A stretch of 64,000 nucleotides of DNA, from the NCBI GenBank assembly GCA_043826565.1, contig JBDRPX010000021.1, positions 18,022 through 82,021 on the forward strand. Reading direction: 5' to 3'. Under the pieces are notes generated by a model, which worked only from the letters and a program-made list of their open reading frames with translations, ran no database searches and was not told the origin of the DNA. The translations under genes and the position numbers were made by a program. Each line of letters opens with the position of its first letter. Position 1 is the first letter of the stretch. This DNA is from Candidatus Omnitrophota bacterium (GTDB lineage: Bacteria; Omnitrophota; Gorgyraeia; B26-G9). Positions 46,573 through 55,139 of this stretch are shown here, one piece after another.

Positions 46573-47179
46573 AAAAACAGAAAAAAATATAAATTATAAA
46601 ATCAAATTAGATATTAAAGTAATCTTTGATACCATTGAGCCGGAATCCCGAGTGCTTGATTTAGGCTGCGGGGACGGGACTCTTTTACATTTGCTGGCGG
46701 ATAAAAAGCAAGCAAAAGTACAAGGTATCGAACTTGATGAACAGCAAATCTACAAATGCGTGGAAAAGGGTGTAAGCGTGTTCCACGGAAATATTGAAAC
46801 CGGATTACGTGATTATCCGGATAAATCATTTGATTATGTTATTCTTAATCAAAGTATGCAGGAAACAAAAAAAGTTACTTTTGTTATTGAAGAAGCTTTG
46901 CGGGTAGGGAAAAAGGTTATTATCGGGTTTCCCAACTTTGCTTTTTATAATGCCCGGATCAGGTTATTCTTTCAGGGCAAAACTCCGATCACGGCTTCCT
47001 TGCCGTATCATTGGCATGATACTCCTAATCTGCATTTTTTGAGCATTACGGATTTTTTTGATTTTTGCAAAGAAAAGAAAATTACTGTGCTTAAAAAATG
47101 CTATCTGGGGAAAACTAAAGCAGTTCCCTTTTTTCCTAATCTCTTCGCGATTAACGCGGTTTTTGTAATTACGAGATAA
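46562..47179 (+). CDS. metW: methionine biosynthesis protein MetW (methyltransferase-like partner of MetX)
   Basis: [12 protein letters not shown] is present and the gene overlaps the metX stop. Length is 205 aa. Confidence 0.75.
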   Translation: MSDKKTEKNINYKIKLDIKVIFDTIEPESRVLDLGCGDGTLLHLLADKKQAKVQGIELDEQQIYKCVEKGVSVFHGNIETGLRDYPDKSFDYVILNQSMQETKKVTFVIEEALRVGKKVIIGFPNFAFYNARIRLFFQGKTPITASLPYHWHDTPNLHFLSITDFFDFCKEKKITVLKKCYLGKTKAVPFFPNLFAINAVFVITR

Positions 47180-47207
47180 CTCCCATGGTTTAGCGGGGAT
47201 TTTTTTT
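47180..47207 (+). terminator. weak intrinsic terminator after metW
   Basis: A short stem (UCCC...GGGG) is followed by an 8-U run. Confidence 0.35.
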
Positions 47208-48179
47208 GCGGATAAAAAAGCCGGATAAAAGTCCAAAGATAAAAAGCAGAAAAGTAGAAGGTTCCGGGACAAGGTGGAAAAATACCCCTTCAGTAATTCC
47301 CCAATCCCAATATCCTCCGTCGTAGCTGTATCCGTTAGTTGCGGAAACATCCAAAAACGGCCACCATTCCACACCGTTTTCATCAATCATCGACTGGATT
47401 GTTTCCTCATCCCATCCCAGCCAGCTGCTTTGTGATGAGGAAATATCCCAAGTATCCCAAATCGCGAATCCGCCGACTGTAATATTTTTCCATTCACCGT
47501 CATATATTTTAATATTAAACAGGTTTTCTTTATATCCGTAGCCGACGACAGAATGTCCGTACCAGCCTTCGTCGCCATGATATTCCACCATGTTTAATAT
47601 AGTAGGATTGCCTTGATCAATTTCCGATTTAAAAGTGTTCCAGTTAAAAGATCCAGCATACCGCTGAACAGGATTTTGCCAACTTTCCGCTTCGTATGAT
47701 TCATTAGTAAGAGTATCGGGATTATCCCACTTGGCGAATTCTTTAAGTCCGTAAGGGATATATTGCCCTAAGGTGCCGCCGTCGTTTAATCCTCCGGCGG
47801 AGCGGGAAGTATGCATAAAATCAGCAATACAGTTATTATCATGCCCCTCCGGATTCGGATCAGGGGTTCCCCAATAATCACGGATATGCTCGGGGCTGGC
47901 AACCATGTTTCTAGCGGTATAATTCCATGTTGAGACATCTCCTTCGACCAGATTAGACCAGTTCCCGCTCGGGTGGCTGTCCCAGTATCCCAGGAGCATG
48001 CCGCCGGCAGTGGGAGAACATCCATACCACCAGTTGTATTGAGGAATGTTTTCAATCGGGTTGCTTCCTAAGGGGATATCTCTGTCGAAAAGCTGTGAAA
48101 TTATGGGAGCGGCCTGGCTATAAGGGCTTAAGGCCGTAAGAATAAGCAGTAATACTATAAAAGGTATGTACTTTTTCAC
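47190..48179 (-). CDS. PEP-CTERM-anchored secreted protein with C39-like cysteine-peptidase motif
   Basis: A signal peptide is present. NWWYGCSPTAGGMLLGYWD resembles the C39-like peptidase family Cys motif. The C-terminal VPEPSTFLLFIFGLLSGFFIRKKNPR is a PEP-CTERM sorting signal. Confidence 0.6.
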   Translation of the reverse strand: MKKYIPFIVLLLILTALSPYSQAAPIISQLFDRDIPLGSNPIENIPQYNWWYGCSPTAGGMLLGYWDSHPSGNWSNLVEGDVSTWNYTARNMVASPEHIRDYWGTPDPNPEGHDNNCIADFMHTSRSAGGLNDGGTLGQYIPYGLKEFAKWDNPDTLTNESYEAESWQNPVQRYAGSFNWNTFKSEIDQGNPTILNMVEYHGDEGWYGHSVVGYGYKENLFNIKIYDGEWKNITVGGFAIWDTWDISSSQSSWLGWDEETIQSMIDENGVEWWPFLDVSATNGYSYDGGYWDWGITEGVFFHLVPEPSTFLLFIFGLLSGFFIRKKNPR

Positions 48180-48345
48180 AGGTTTATTGAAATTTGATAA
48201 AACTTAAATAAAGAATAGAAACTTATAAGAAAGTATAGCATGTCTTTTGGTTTCTGTCAAAATCCATAAATTTTGGCAATTGTATTGACAACTGAGTGTA
48301 AATATGGTACCTTTATAACAGACATTGAAGTTGTCTAAAGCGATG

Positions 48346-48377
48346 ACGCTTGGAAGATGAATTCCAAGCGTTTTTTT
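48346..48377 (+). terminator. intrinsic terminator 1 in the long leader upstream of the sigma-factor gene
   Basis: The hairpin ACGCUUGGAAGAUGAAUUCCAAGCGU is followed by UUUUUUU. Confidence 0.6.
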
Positions 48378-48392
48378 ATTGAGGCACTGATG

Positions 48393-48438
48393 CCCCTGAA
48401 ATTAAGCAGTGAGAGCTGTTTTTTCAGGGGCTTTTTTT
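48393..48438 (+). terminator. intrinsic terminator 2 (tandem)
   Basis: A 9-bp stem CCCCUGAAA...UUUCAGGGG is followed by CUUUUUUU. Confidence 0.65.
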
Positions 48439-48499
48439 ATAATCCAAAGGATTATAAACCCGCCAAGTTTTGTGGCGGGTCAATGTGTAGGAGCAGAAA

Positions 48500-49027
48500 G
48501 TGGAATTTAAAAAAATAGTTAAAAAATTAGATCCCAGGCTAAAAGCAATTGTTCGCAGGCTTGACGGCAAATATACAGCTTTTAATGATGATGATCTATA
48601 TCAGGAAGCGATGTTATATTTATGGGAAAAACATAAGGCCAGAGAGCTTGAGGATAAAACAGATAGTTTTATCCTGCAGGGATGTTTTTTTAATATGAAA
48701 AACTATATTCGTACGGTGAATAAGACTATAGATAAAAACTCGATGAGTTTAAATATCCCGTTAAATGAAGGGGGAGATACTTTGGAAAGTCTGCTTACGG
48801 ATAGTGAGGCAGTCAACACCTTTGACGCGGTAGAGGGAAAAATTCTTTCGGAAAAGATTAAGGGGATGCTTGATGTGCGGGAGATGAAAGTGTTTTCCAT
48901 GAATTGTGCCGGGTTGACAACGCGTGAAATCGGAAAAAGAATCGGTATTTCTCATGTTATGGTGGGGAAAATAAATAAAAAGATCCGCTATAAATGTAAA
49001 GAATTAAAGAAAGAAAATATTTTTTAG
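48500..49027 (+). CDS. sigma-70 family (ECF-like) RNA polymerase sigma factor
   Basis: Region 2 (DDLYQEAMLYLWEK) and the region-4 HTH (LTTREIGKRIGISHVMVGKI) are present. The start is a GTG with AGGAG upstream. Confidence 0.6.
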   Translation: MEFKKIVKKLDPRLKAIVRRLDGKYTAFNDDDLYQEAMLYLWEKHKARELEDKTDSFILQGCFFNMKNYIRTVNKTIDKNSMSLNIPLNEGGDTLESLLTDSEAVNTFDAVEGKILSEKIKGMLDVREMKVFSMNCAGLTTREIGKRIGISHVMVGKINKKIRYKCKELKKENIF

Positions 49028-49132
49028 GGTGCCGGGCAGTTTTATTTTTGACACCTTTAGCCTTCCAGAGTATAATACTATTAAACTATCCCCTAATTCT
49101 CCGGTAAATTCAATTAGAAAGGGCTGTAAACG

Positions 49133-50197
49133 ATGAGCGCAGACAACTCTAAAATTAAAGAAGACAAAGAACGCCTTGAGGGCCTAATCAGGAGTATGGC
49201 GGAAGGATTAATTGTTGTTGATAAAAATGGAAAGGTCTTAGCGGTTAATCCGGCAGCAGAACTGATTTTGGGCAGTACGCTGAAAGAAAAATTAGGCATT
49301 AATATTCTGGAAGGATTAAAAGAAGAGCATGTAATAAGCCTGGTCAGTCAAAAAGAAAAAAAGATTGAAGTAGAAATTATGGCAAAAGATCCTGAGGTGA
49401 ATGCAATAATACGTGCAAGTTCGGCAATTATTGAGGATGAAGAGGGAAATGTTCAGGGGATGATTTCAGTCTTAAATGATATCACTAAGCAAAAAGAATT
49501 ATCGCGGGTAAAAGAAGCGTTTATTTCGAATGTGTCGCATGATCTGCGCGCTCCATTGATATCTATTCAAAAGAGTTTGGAAATGGCCCTGGAGGATATG
49601 GAAAAAGGAGACCTAAATCCGCAGACAAAAAGGTTTGTGGAAATTGCCGGTAAGAATGCGGAAAGATTGACGATTCTCATGAAAGACCTTTTGGATATTA
49701 ATAAACTTGAATCAGCGGGCATAGACATTAAATATCAGCGAATTAAAATAAGATCTATGATAAATGATGTTTTTGATATGTTTAAGGTATGGGCAGAAAG
49801 CAAAGCTATTGAGCTTTCGTGTGACGGCCTGGAGGATATTGAAGTGGAAGCAGATGAAGCACTGATGACTCAGGTTTTTACGAATCTGGTGGGTAATGCT
49901 TTGAAATTTACCGGACAAAACGGAAGGGTCAATGTTTCTTCAGAGTCTGATTCTGAGAGAATAAAGATTGTGGTTAAGGATACAGGTTGTGGTATTGCTC
50001 CGGGAAGCTTAGAGAAGATCTTTGAGAAATTCGAACAGGTTGAGTCTACAAGAAAGCATTGCGCTGTTCCGGGAACGGGTTTGGGGCTTTCTATTGTTCG
50101 GGATATCGTCAAACTTCATAAAGGAAAAGTTGATGTGGAAAGTTCTCTGGGCCGGGGCAGTAGTTTTTATGTGGAAATCCCCATCGTAAACAGTTAA
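49133..50197 (+). CDS. sensor histidine kinase (PAS, HisKA, HATPase_c)
   Basis: A PAS domain is followed by the H-box SHDLRAPL and then N, G1 and G2 boxes (GTGLGLSIV). Confidence 0.85.
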   Translation: MSADNSKIKEDKERLEGLIRSMAEGLIVVDKNGKVLAVNPAAELILGSTLKEKLGINILEGLKEEHVISLVSQKEKKIEVEIMAKDPEVNAIIRASSAIIEDEEGNVQGMISVLNDITKQKELSRVKEAFISNVSHDLRAPLISIQKSLEMALEDMEKGDLNPQTKRFVEIAGKNAERLTILMKDLLDINKLESAGIDIKYQRIKIRSMINDVFDMFKVWAESKAIELSCDGLEDIEVEADEALMTQVFTNLVGNALKFTGQNGRVNVSSESDSERIKIVVKDTGCGIAPGSLEKIFEKFEQVESTRKHCAVPGTGLGLSIVRDIVKLHKGKVDVESSLGRGSSFYVEIPIVNS

Positions 50198-50207
50198 TCT
50201 TTTCTTT

Positions 50208-50230
50208 AGCTTGTCTTGAAGCTTTTTTCT
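50208..50230 (+). terminator. intrinsic terminator after the histidine kinase gene
   Basis: The hairpin AGCUUgucuugAAGCU is followed by UUUUUU. Confidence 0.5.
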
Positions 50231-50315
50231 GATATAATATTGACATAGAAACCTATGTTTTTCATGTAAAAAGAGAAGTGGAGATATAGTTTATTTTAAA
50301 AAAAGGAGACATTAA

Positions 50316-50687
50316 ATGAATTTTTGTACATCAATACATTGCATGGACGGCAGTATCCAGGAGCCGATAATAAAGTATTTAAAAGAAAACTATAAAGCTG
50401 AAAATGTGGATAGTATCACGGAACTTAGCCCGTGTCATATATTAGCGTCATTAGGGCAGAAACAGCTGATTGATTCTATCCGCCGCCTGGCGGATGTATC
50501 TGTTAAAAAACACGGATCTTCTTTGATCGCGGTTTCCGGGCATGCTGATTGTGTGGCTAATCAGGTCAGTGAAGAAAAACAAAAGGAGCAGGTCCTCATC
50601 GCCTGCCAGAATATCAAGGCCTATTATCCGGCGGCTCAGGTGATCGGGTTATGGGTTAGCAAAGCAGGAGAAGTGGAACTGCTTTAG
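50316..50687 (+). CDS. hypothetical protein (123 aa)
   Basis: The ORF has a plausible RBS (AAGGAG). There is no family match from memory. Confidence 0.4.
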   Translation: MNFCTSIHCMDGSIQEPIIKYLKENYKAENVDSITELSPCHILASLGQKQLIDSIRRLADVSVKKHGSSLIAVSGHADCVANQVSEEKQKEQVLIACQNIKAYYPAAQVIGLWVSKAGEVELL

Positions 50688-50780
50688 CAGAATATTAATT
50701 AAGGTTACCAAATCATCATAGTATTTACTTGTAAGGGCATAGAGATTAATTAGAACACAGCGATGTGTTTATATAAACAA

Positions 50781-50814
50781 AGGCGTTCTTGAGATAAGAA
50801 CGCCTGGGTTTTTA
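50781..50814 (+). terminator. terminator-like hairpin (AGGCGUUCUUGagauAAGAACGCCU + GGGUUUUUA); sequence-related to 54956
   Basis: It lies about 95 nt after the stop of the 50316 ORF. Its near twin sits in the glnN leader. Confidence 0.5.
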
Positions 50815-50905
50815 TGACAGAGATGTCTTTTGATCCCTCGAAGGAGGGAAAAAGGCATCTCTTTTGTATTTAGGTCTTTGACATAAAAATATAAATATCG
50901 GAAAA

Positions 50906-50990
50906 CCCGCCAAAAAAATGGCGAGGTTAAATTCGCCTGCGCACTTATGTTCACGATGTTCCATAAGTGCTGGCTCATTGAAGAAAGGGG
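50906..50990 (+). promoter_or_regulatory. conserved structured leader element, family 1, copy D
   Basis: Hairpin 1 (CCCGCCAaaaaaaUGGCG) is followed by AGGUUAAAUUCGCCUGCG and then hairpin 2 (CACUUAUG-UUCAcgaugUUC-CAUAAGUG). CUGGCUCAUUGAAGAAAGGGG follows and ends 4 nt before ATG 50995. Confidence 0.6.
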
Positions 50991-50994
50991 AAAG

Positions 50995-51747
50995 ATGAAT
51001 AGATTTATGATTATAGTGTTGAGTAGTGTTATATGTATGGGGATGTTTGCAAATCCGGCGCAAGCTGAATATAAAGACGGGATTTTACCGGCACTGGAAA
51101 TTGAGGCATCGGGAACTTTGGATGTGTATTCACGTTATGTATGGAGAGGTTTTACCTTGGACACTGATCCGGTGGTACAGCCAGGATTTAATTTAAGCGG
51201 TTATGGGGTGACGTTATCGTTCTGGAGTAGTTTTGATGCTGATAGTAATGACGGAACAAATTCCGATGAAGTTGATTTTGTGATAGATTATACTAAGGAA
51301 TTCGATGGGTTTAGTGTTTCCGCGGGGCACACAAATTATGATTTCCCAGGAGTTGCTACTTATAGTAAAGAATGGTATGTGGGAGCGTCATTTGATGTAT
51401 TGCTGGCGCCTTCGATCACTTACTACCAGGATTATGGTAAAGAAGAAAACGGCGGAGCAGACGGCAGGTATATCAGCTTAGGTATTTCCCATAGTTTCAC
51501 AATTGTTGAAGATCCGTCCATAACTCTTGATCTGGGCGCGAACATCGGATTTAACAATGAATTGTTTATTAAAGGAGATGGCGGTGATTATCTGTTAACC
51601 GCGGGATTAACTGTTCCTTTGACCAAGACATTATCAATGTCTCCGGTTATGGGTTACGCGATACCGTTTGGTGATTTAGAAGATGTTAATGTCGGCAGCC
51701 AAAAGAACAGGTTCTATGCCGGACTTAGTTTAGGATTTGATTTTTAA
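50995..51747 (+). CDS. outer-membrane porin-like beta-barrel protein (first gene of the amt-glnK operon)
   Basis: The signal peptide is MNRFMIIVLSSVICMGMFANPAQA and the C-terminus is ...LSLGFDF. The start was moved to ATG 50995, because the track's upstream start runs through the conserved leader. Confidence 0.5.
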   Translation: MNRFMIIVLSSVICMGMFANPAQAEYKDGILPALEIEASGTLDVYSRYVWRGFTLDTDPVVQPGFNLSGYGVTLSFWSSFDADSNDGTNSDEVDFVIDYTKEFDGFSVSAGHTNYDFPGVATYSKEWYVGASFDVLLAPSITYYQDYGKEENGGADGRYISLGISHSFTIVEDPSITLDLGANIGFNNELFIKGDGGDYLLTAGLTVPLTKTLSMSPVMGYAIPFGDLEDVNVGSQKNRFYAGLSLGFDF

Positions 51748-51761
51748 GAAGGGAGGAAGAA

Positions 51762-53111
51762 ATGTTTATAAGAAAGAAAAAAAATATACTGCGGAGGATT
51801 ATCTTTAATGTATTGTTGTTTACCTTGGCTATGGCAGTCCCGGTATTCGCAGCAGACACGGAAATAGGTGATGTGGTCAGAGGCTTAGATACGATGTGGG
51901 TATTAGTAACCGCGTTTCTAGTGTTTTTTATGCAGGCGGGATTCGGCATGGTTGAGGCTGGATTTATCCGGGCGAAAAATACCTGTAATATTTTAACCAA
52001 AAACTTTCTGGATTTCTGTATGGCTTCTATAGGATTTTTTATTTTTGGTTATGCGATTATGTTTGGCGCGGGGAACGGTTTTTTGGGATGGACCGGATGG
52101 TTTCTGCGCGGCGCAAACAGCGGCGCGGATATTCCTTTATATGCGTTTTGGCTGTTTCAGGCGGCGTTTTGCGGAGCTGCGGCAACGATTGTTGCCGGCG
52201 GAATGGCTGAGCGCATGAAATTTCCCGCGTATCTAATTTATTCATTTTTGATTTCCGCGTTTATTTATCCGGTTGTCGGCCACTGGATCTGGGGCGGCGG
52301 TTGGTTAGCGCAGAAAGGGTTTGCTGATTTTGCCGGTTCTACGGTTGTTCATTCTGTCGGCGGATTAGCGGCATTAATCGGTACGATAATATTAAAACCC
52401 AGGCTGGGGAAATATAATCCGGATGGTTCCGCTAATGCGATTGCCGGACATTCTATTCCTTTGGCTTCTTTAGGTGTGTTTATTTTATGGTTTGGGTGGT
52501 TTGGATTTAATCCCGGATCTACCTTAAGTGTGGGTAATGGAGATCTAATTGCCCGGGTCGCGATAAATACCAATCTGGCCGCGGCTGCCGGAGGAATTAT
52601 CGCCATGATCGCGGTATGGAGACAATTCGGCAAGCCGGATCTTTCCATGGCCATGAACGGTGCTTTAGCGGGTTTGGTGGCGATAACCGCTCCCTGCGCT
52701 TATGTTGATCCACCGGCGGCAATACTCATCGGCGCGATCGGCGGAATGGTCGTGGTTATGGGAGTTATATTACTGGATAAACTGCATATTGATGATCCGG
52801 TAGGTGCGGTACCGGTACACGCTTTAAATGGAATATGGGGGACTTTATCTATCGGTTTGTTTGGGAAAGAAGCTCTTGGCGTAGCACATAACGGTTTGTT
52901 TTACGGCGGCGGGTTTGCCCAGCTGGGAATTCAGGCATTAGGAGCTGTTTGTGTGGCGGCATTTGTAATTATAACGATGGGCATTGTTTTTCTGGTTATT
53001 GACAAAACTATTGGTTTGCGCGTATCCAGAGAAGAAGAGTTGAAAGGACTGGATATCGGAGAACATGGGATGGAATCATATGCCGGGTTCCAGATATTTG
53101 TGACTGATTAA
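51762..53111 (+). CDS. amt: ammonium transporter
   Basis: An Amt/MEP fold with 11 TM helices and the conserved [13 protein letters not shown] region is present. Length is 449 aa. Confidence 0.9.
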   Translation: MFIRKKKNILRRIIFNVLLFTLAMAVPVFAADTEIGDVVRGLDTMWVLVTAFLVFFMQAGFGMVEAGFIRAKNTCNILTKNFLDFCMASIGFFIFGYAIMFGAGNGFLGWTGWFLRGANSGADIPLYAFWLFQAAFCGAAATIVAGGMAERMKFPAYLIYSFLISAFIYPVVGHWIWGGGWLAQKGFADFAGSTVVHSVGGLAALIGTIILKPRLGKYNPDGSANAIAGHSIPLASLGVFILWFGWFGFNPGSTLSVGNGDLIARVAINTNLAAAAGGIIAMIAVWRQFGKPDLSMAMNGALAGLVAITAPCAYVDPPAAILIGAIGGMVVVMGVILLDKLHIDDPVGAVPVHALNGIWGTLSIGLFGKEALGVAHNGLFYGGGFAQLGIQALGAVCVAAFVIITMGIVFLVIDKTIGLRVSREEELKGLDIGEHGMESYAGFQIFVTD

Positions 53112-53124
53112 AGGAGGTAATATT

Positions 53125-53466
53125 ATGAAGTTAATAATAGCAATGATCCAGCCGCACAAATTGCCGGATGTAAAAAAAGCTTTGTTTGATGCGGATGTGC
53201 ATAAGATGTCTGTAACCAATGCCTTAGGCTGTGGGCAGCAAAAAGGATTTACGGAAACATATCGCGGAGTTATTCATGAGGTTACTTTGCTTAAGAAAAT
53301 CCGCCTGGAGATCGCGGTTAATGCCGACTATGTTGAACCGACAATTAAGGCGATCATTAAAGGCGCACGCACCGGAAAAATCGGCGACGGCAAGATTTTT
53401 GTGCTTGATCTTCCGGAATGTATCCGTATCCGGACCGGAGAAAGAGGGCATAAGGCGATAGGGTAG
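53125..53466 (+). CDS. glnK: nitrogen regulatory protein P-II
   Basis: [20 protein letters not shown] matches PII, and the T-loop region is conserved. It is adjacent to amt. Confidence 0.9.
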   Translation: MKLIIAMIQPHKLPDVKKALFDADVHKMSVTNALGCGQQKGFTETYRGVIHEVTLLKKIRLEIAVNADYVEPTIKAIIKGARTGKIGDGKIFVLDLPECIRIRTGERGHKAIG

Positions 53467-53559
53467 AGAGGATACCTCTATTTTGACAATGATATTCGGG
53501 GATAGTATAATGTTGTAAAGAAAAGCAGGCGGAAGGATTGATTTTTATTAGGAAGCTTA

Positions 53560-54126
53560 ATGATTAAAATTACTGAAAAAGGCCAAGAAGGAGATACTGT
53601 AGTAGAATTAGGATATATTAAAAGCCGCGGTATCGCCGGAAAAATTATTTTACCGGTCACCAGATATTTTCGGGCAATGAATGCCCGAAAGTATGTTTCC
53701 GGCGGAGAGCGTTTGCTGGATATCGGCTGCGGAGACGGATATTTTCTTAAGAGAGTTAAGTGTAAAGAAAGATACGGACTGGATAAATTACTGGGTGATG
53801 AAGTTATTGACGATCTGGATTTCCCGGATAATTATTTCGACTATGTTACGATGCTGGCAGTTATCGAGCATTTAAAAGACCCTCAGGTTTTGGTGCGAGA
53901 GATCCACAGAGTTTTAAAGCCGGCGGGAAAGTTTATATTTACTACGCCCAGAAAAGAAGCGGAAAAATTCATTAAATTATACGCGAAAGATATTCAGCAG
54001 GAGCATGAATCTTACTTTGATTATACAAAAGTTAAAGAACTAACCGGTGATTTGTTTAAAATCGCTGAGTTTAAGTATTTCTTTTTTGGATTAAACCAGA
54101 TTTTTTGCCTGAAGAAGTTATCTTAA
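53560..54126 (+). CDS. class I SAM-dependent methyltransferase
   Basis: LLDIGCGDGYFL is motif I. Confidence 0.65.
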   Translation: MIKITEKGQEGDTVVELGYIKSRGIAGKIILPVTRYFRAMNARKYVSGGERLLDIGCGDGYFLKRVKCKERYGLDKLLGDEVIDDLDFPDNYFDYVTMLAVIEHLKDPQVLVREIHRVLKPAGKFIFTTPRKEAEKFIKLYAKDIQQEHESYFDYTKVKELTGDLFKIAEFKYFFFGLNQIFCLKKLS

Positions 54127-54178
54127 GCCTCGTTTCTTGTTTCTCGACAAACTATCCTAAAAGTTATAGAATAGGCCT

Positions 54179-54415
54179 ATGAATAATGATATCCCGAGAG
54201 ATTTAGGAGAACAGCCGATTGCCCGGATAATGCAGGAGCGGAATTTAAAGCCAAATGATCTTGTGCGTGTTTCCCCAGAACAGATGACCCATAAAATGGT
54301 TTCCCGGGCGTGTAAAGGCAGAAGGCTGACATCAAATGTTAAAGTTAAGATCCTTAAGGCCTTGAATCTGGCTTGCGAGAGCACTTATGCGATGAAAGAT
54401 ATTTTTAACTATTAA
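54179..54415 (+). CDS. hypothetical small protein (78 aa)
   Basis: ORF only; no recognisable domain. Confidence 0.3.
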   Translation: MNNDIPRDLGEQPIARIMQERNLKPNDLVRVSPEQMTHKMVSRACKGRRLTSNVKVKILKALNLACESTYAMKDIFNY

Positions 54416-54431
54416 GGAAAGAATATATAAG

Positions 54432-54827
54432 ATGAACCAATACAGTATCGAACATATCGGTATCGCTGTAGACGATCCCCTGGCTATGGCTCAATGGTAT
54501 GAGGAAAACCTGGGGTATATTATCAAATTTTCCGAAGGCAATAAAGAAAAGGGAGTAGCGTTTATTTCCGATGCTTCCGGGAAGGTGACTTTTGAATTGT
54601 TAAAAGTGCCGGAAGTAAAGTCCGCGAGAACGGATCTAACGCATCGTCTGCAGGTTCATGTCGGAGTTTTTAGTGAGAATCCCGACGAAGAAGCCCGGAC
54701 GCTGGAAGCTAAAGGGGCAAAATTTGTGGAAAGATGCACCTTAACTCTTCCGGGAGATTATCTGGTTATTCTCGAAGATCCCTGGGGCAATTATATTCAA
54801 TTAGTCAGGCGGAGCCGGAAATTTTAA
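54432..54827 (+). CDS. VOC-family (glyoxalase/bleomycin-resistance/dioxygenase fold) protein
   Basis: IEHIGIAVDDPLAMAQWYEENLGY is a VOC N-terminal module. Confidence 0.65.
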   Translation: MNQYSIEHIGIAVDDPLAMAQWYEENLGYIIKFSEGNKEKGVAFISDASGKVTFELLKVPEVKSARTDLTHRLQVHVGVFSENPDEEARTLEAKGAKFVERCTLTLPGDYLVILEDPWGNYIQLVRRSRKF

Positions 54828-54955
54828 ATAATTATTGGAAAAATTAATTTTTTTTAGCTAAAATAGGTTACCAAAACATGTATCAGTTTACTTGTATTAT
54901 TAAATGCACATTGAAGTGCTGTAATTTAAAGCAAGGTTTGCAAAAATATTAAGAC

Positions 54956-54988
54956 AAAGACGTTCTTGGACAGAGAACGTCTTTTTTC
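54956..54988 (+). terminator. terminator-like hairpin (AAGACGUUCUUGgacagAGAACGUCUU + UUUUUCG); sequence-related to 50781
   Basis: It lies about 130 nt after the VOC gene stop and about 150 nt upstream of glnN. Confidence 0.55.
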
Positions 54989-55006
54989 GTTTCAGGACGA
55001 AATGAC

Positions 55007-55042
55007 CGGGTTCATTGGCAGGACGCCAAGCTTTGAACGGGG
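55007..55042 (+). promoter_or_regulatory. conserved hairpin motif, family 2, copy iii (CGGGUUCAUU-[UUGGC-aggac-GCCAA]-GCUUUGAACGGGG) in the glnN leader
   Basis: It shares CGGGUUCAUU and AGCUUUGAACGGG with the mgtC-flank copies, while the inner stem covaries (UUUACA/UGUAAA versus UUGGC/GCCAA). Confidence 0.55.
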
Positions 55043-55139
55043 TGGTTTCACGATGAAATGATCCGCCAATAGTACAGGAGGTACGTTTTGTGGCGGATAG
55101 AAAGAAAATGACACGTAATTAAAAAAAGGAGATAGGATA

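Noticed and set aside
50947-50994. The supplied ORF start (MFTMFHKCWLIEERGK...) extends the porin-like protein 16 codons upstream.
   Set aside because: These codons are the conserved family-1 leader (hairpin 2 plus GGCUCAUU plus SD). ATG 50995 follows a proper SD and gives a clean signal peptide.
55007-55042. Naming this element outright as the known glutamine (glnA) riboswitch.
   Set aside because: I cannot reproduce the Rfam consensus from memory well enough to confirm the match. It is recorded as a hypothesis to test with cmscan.
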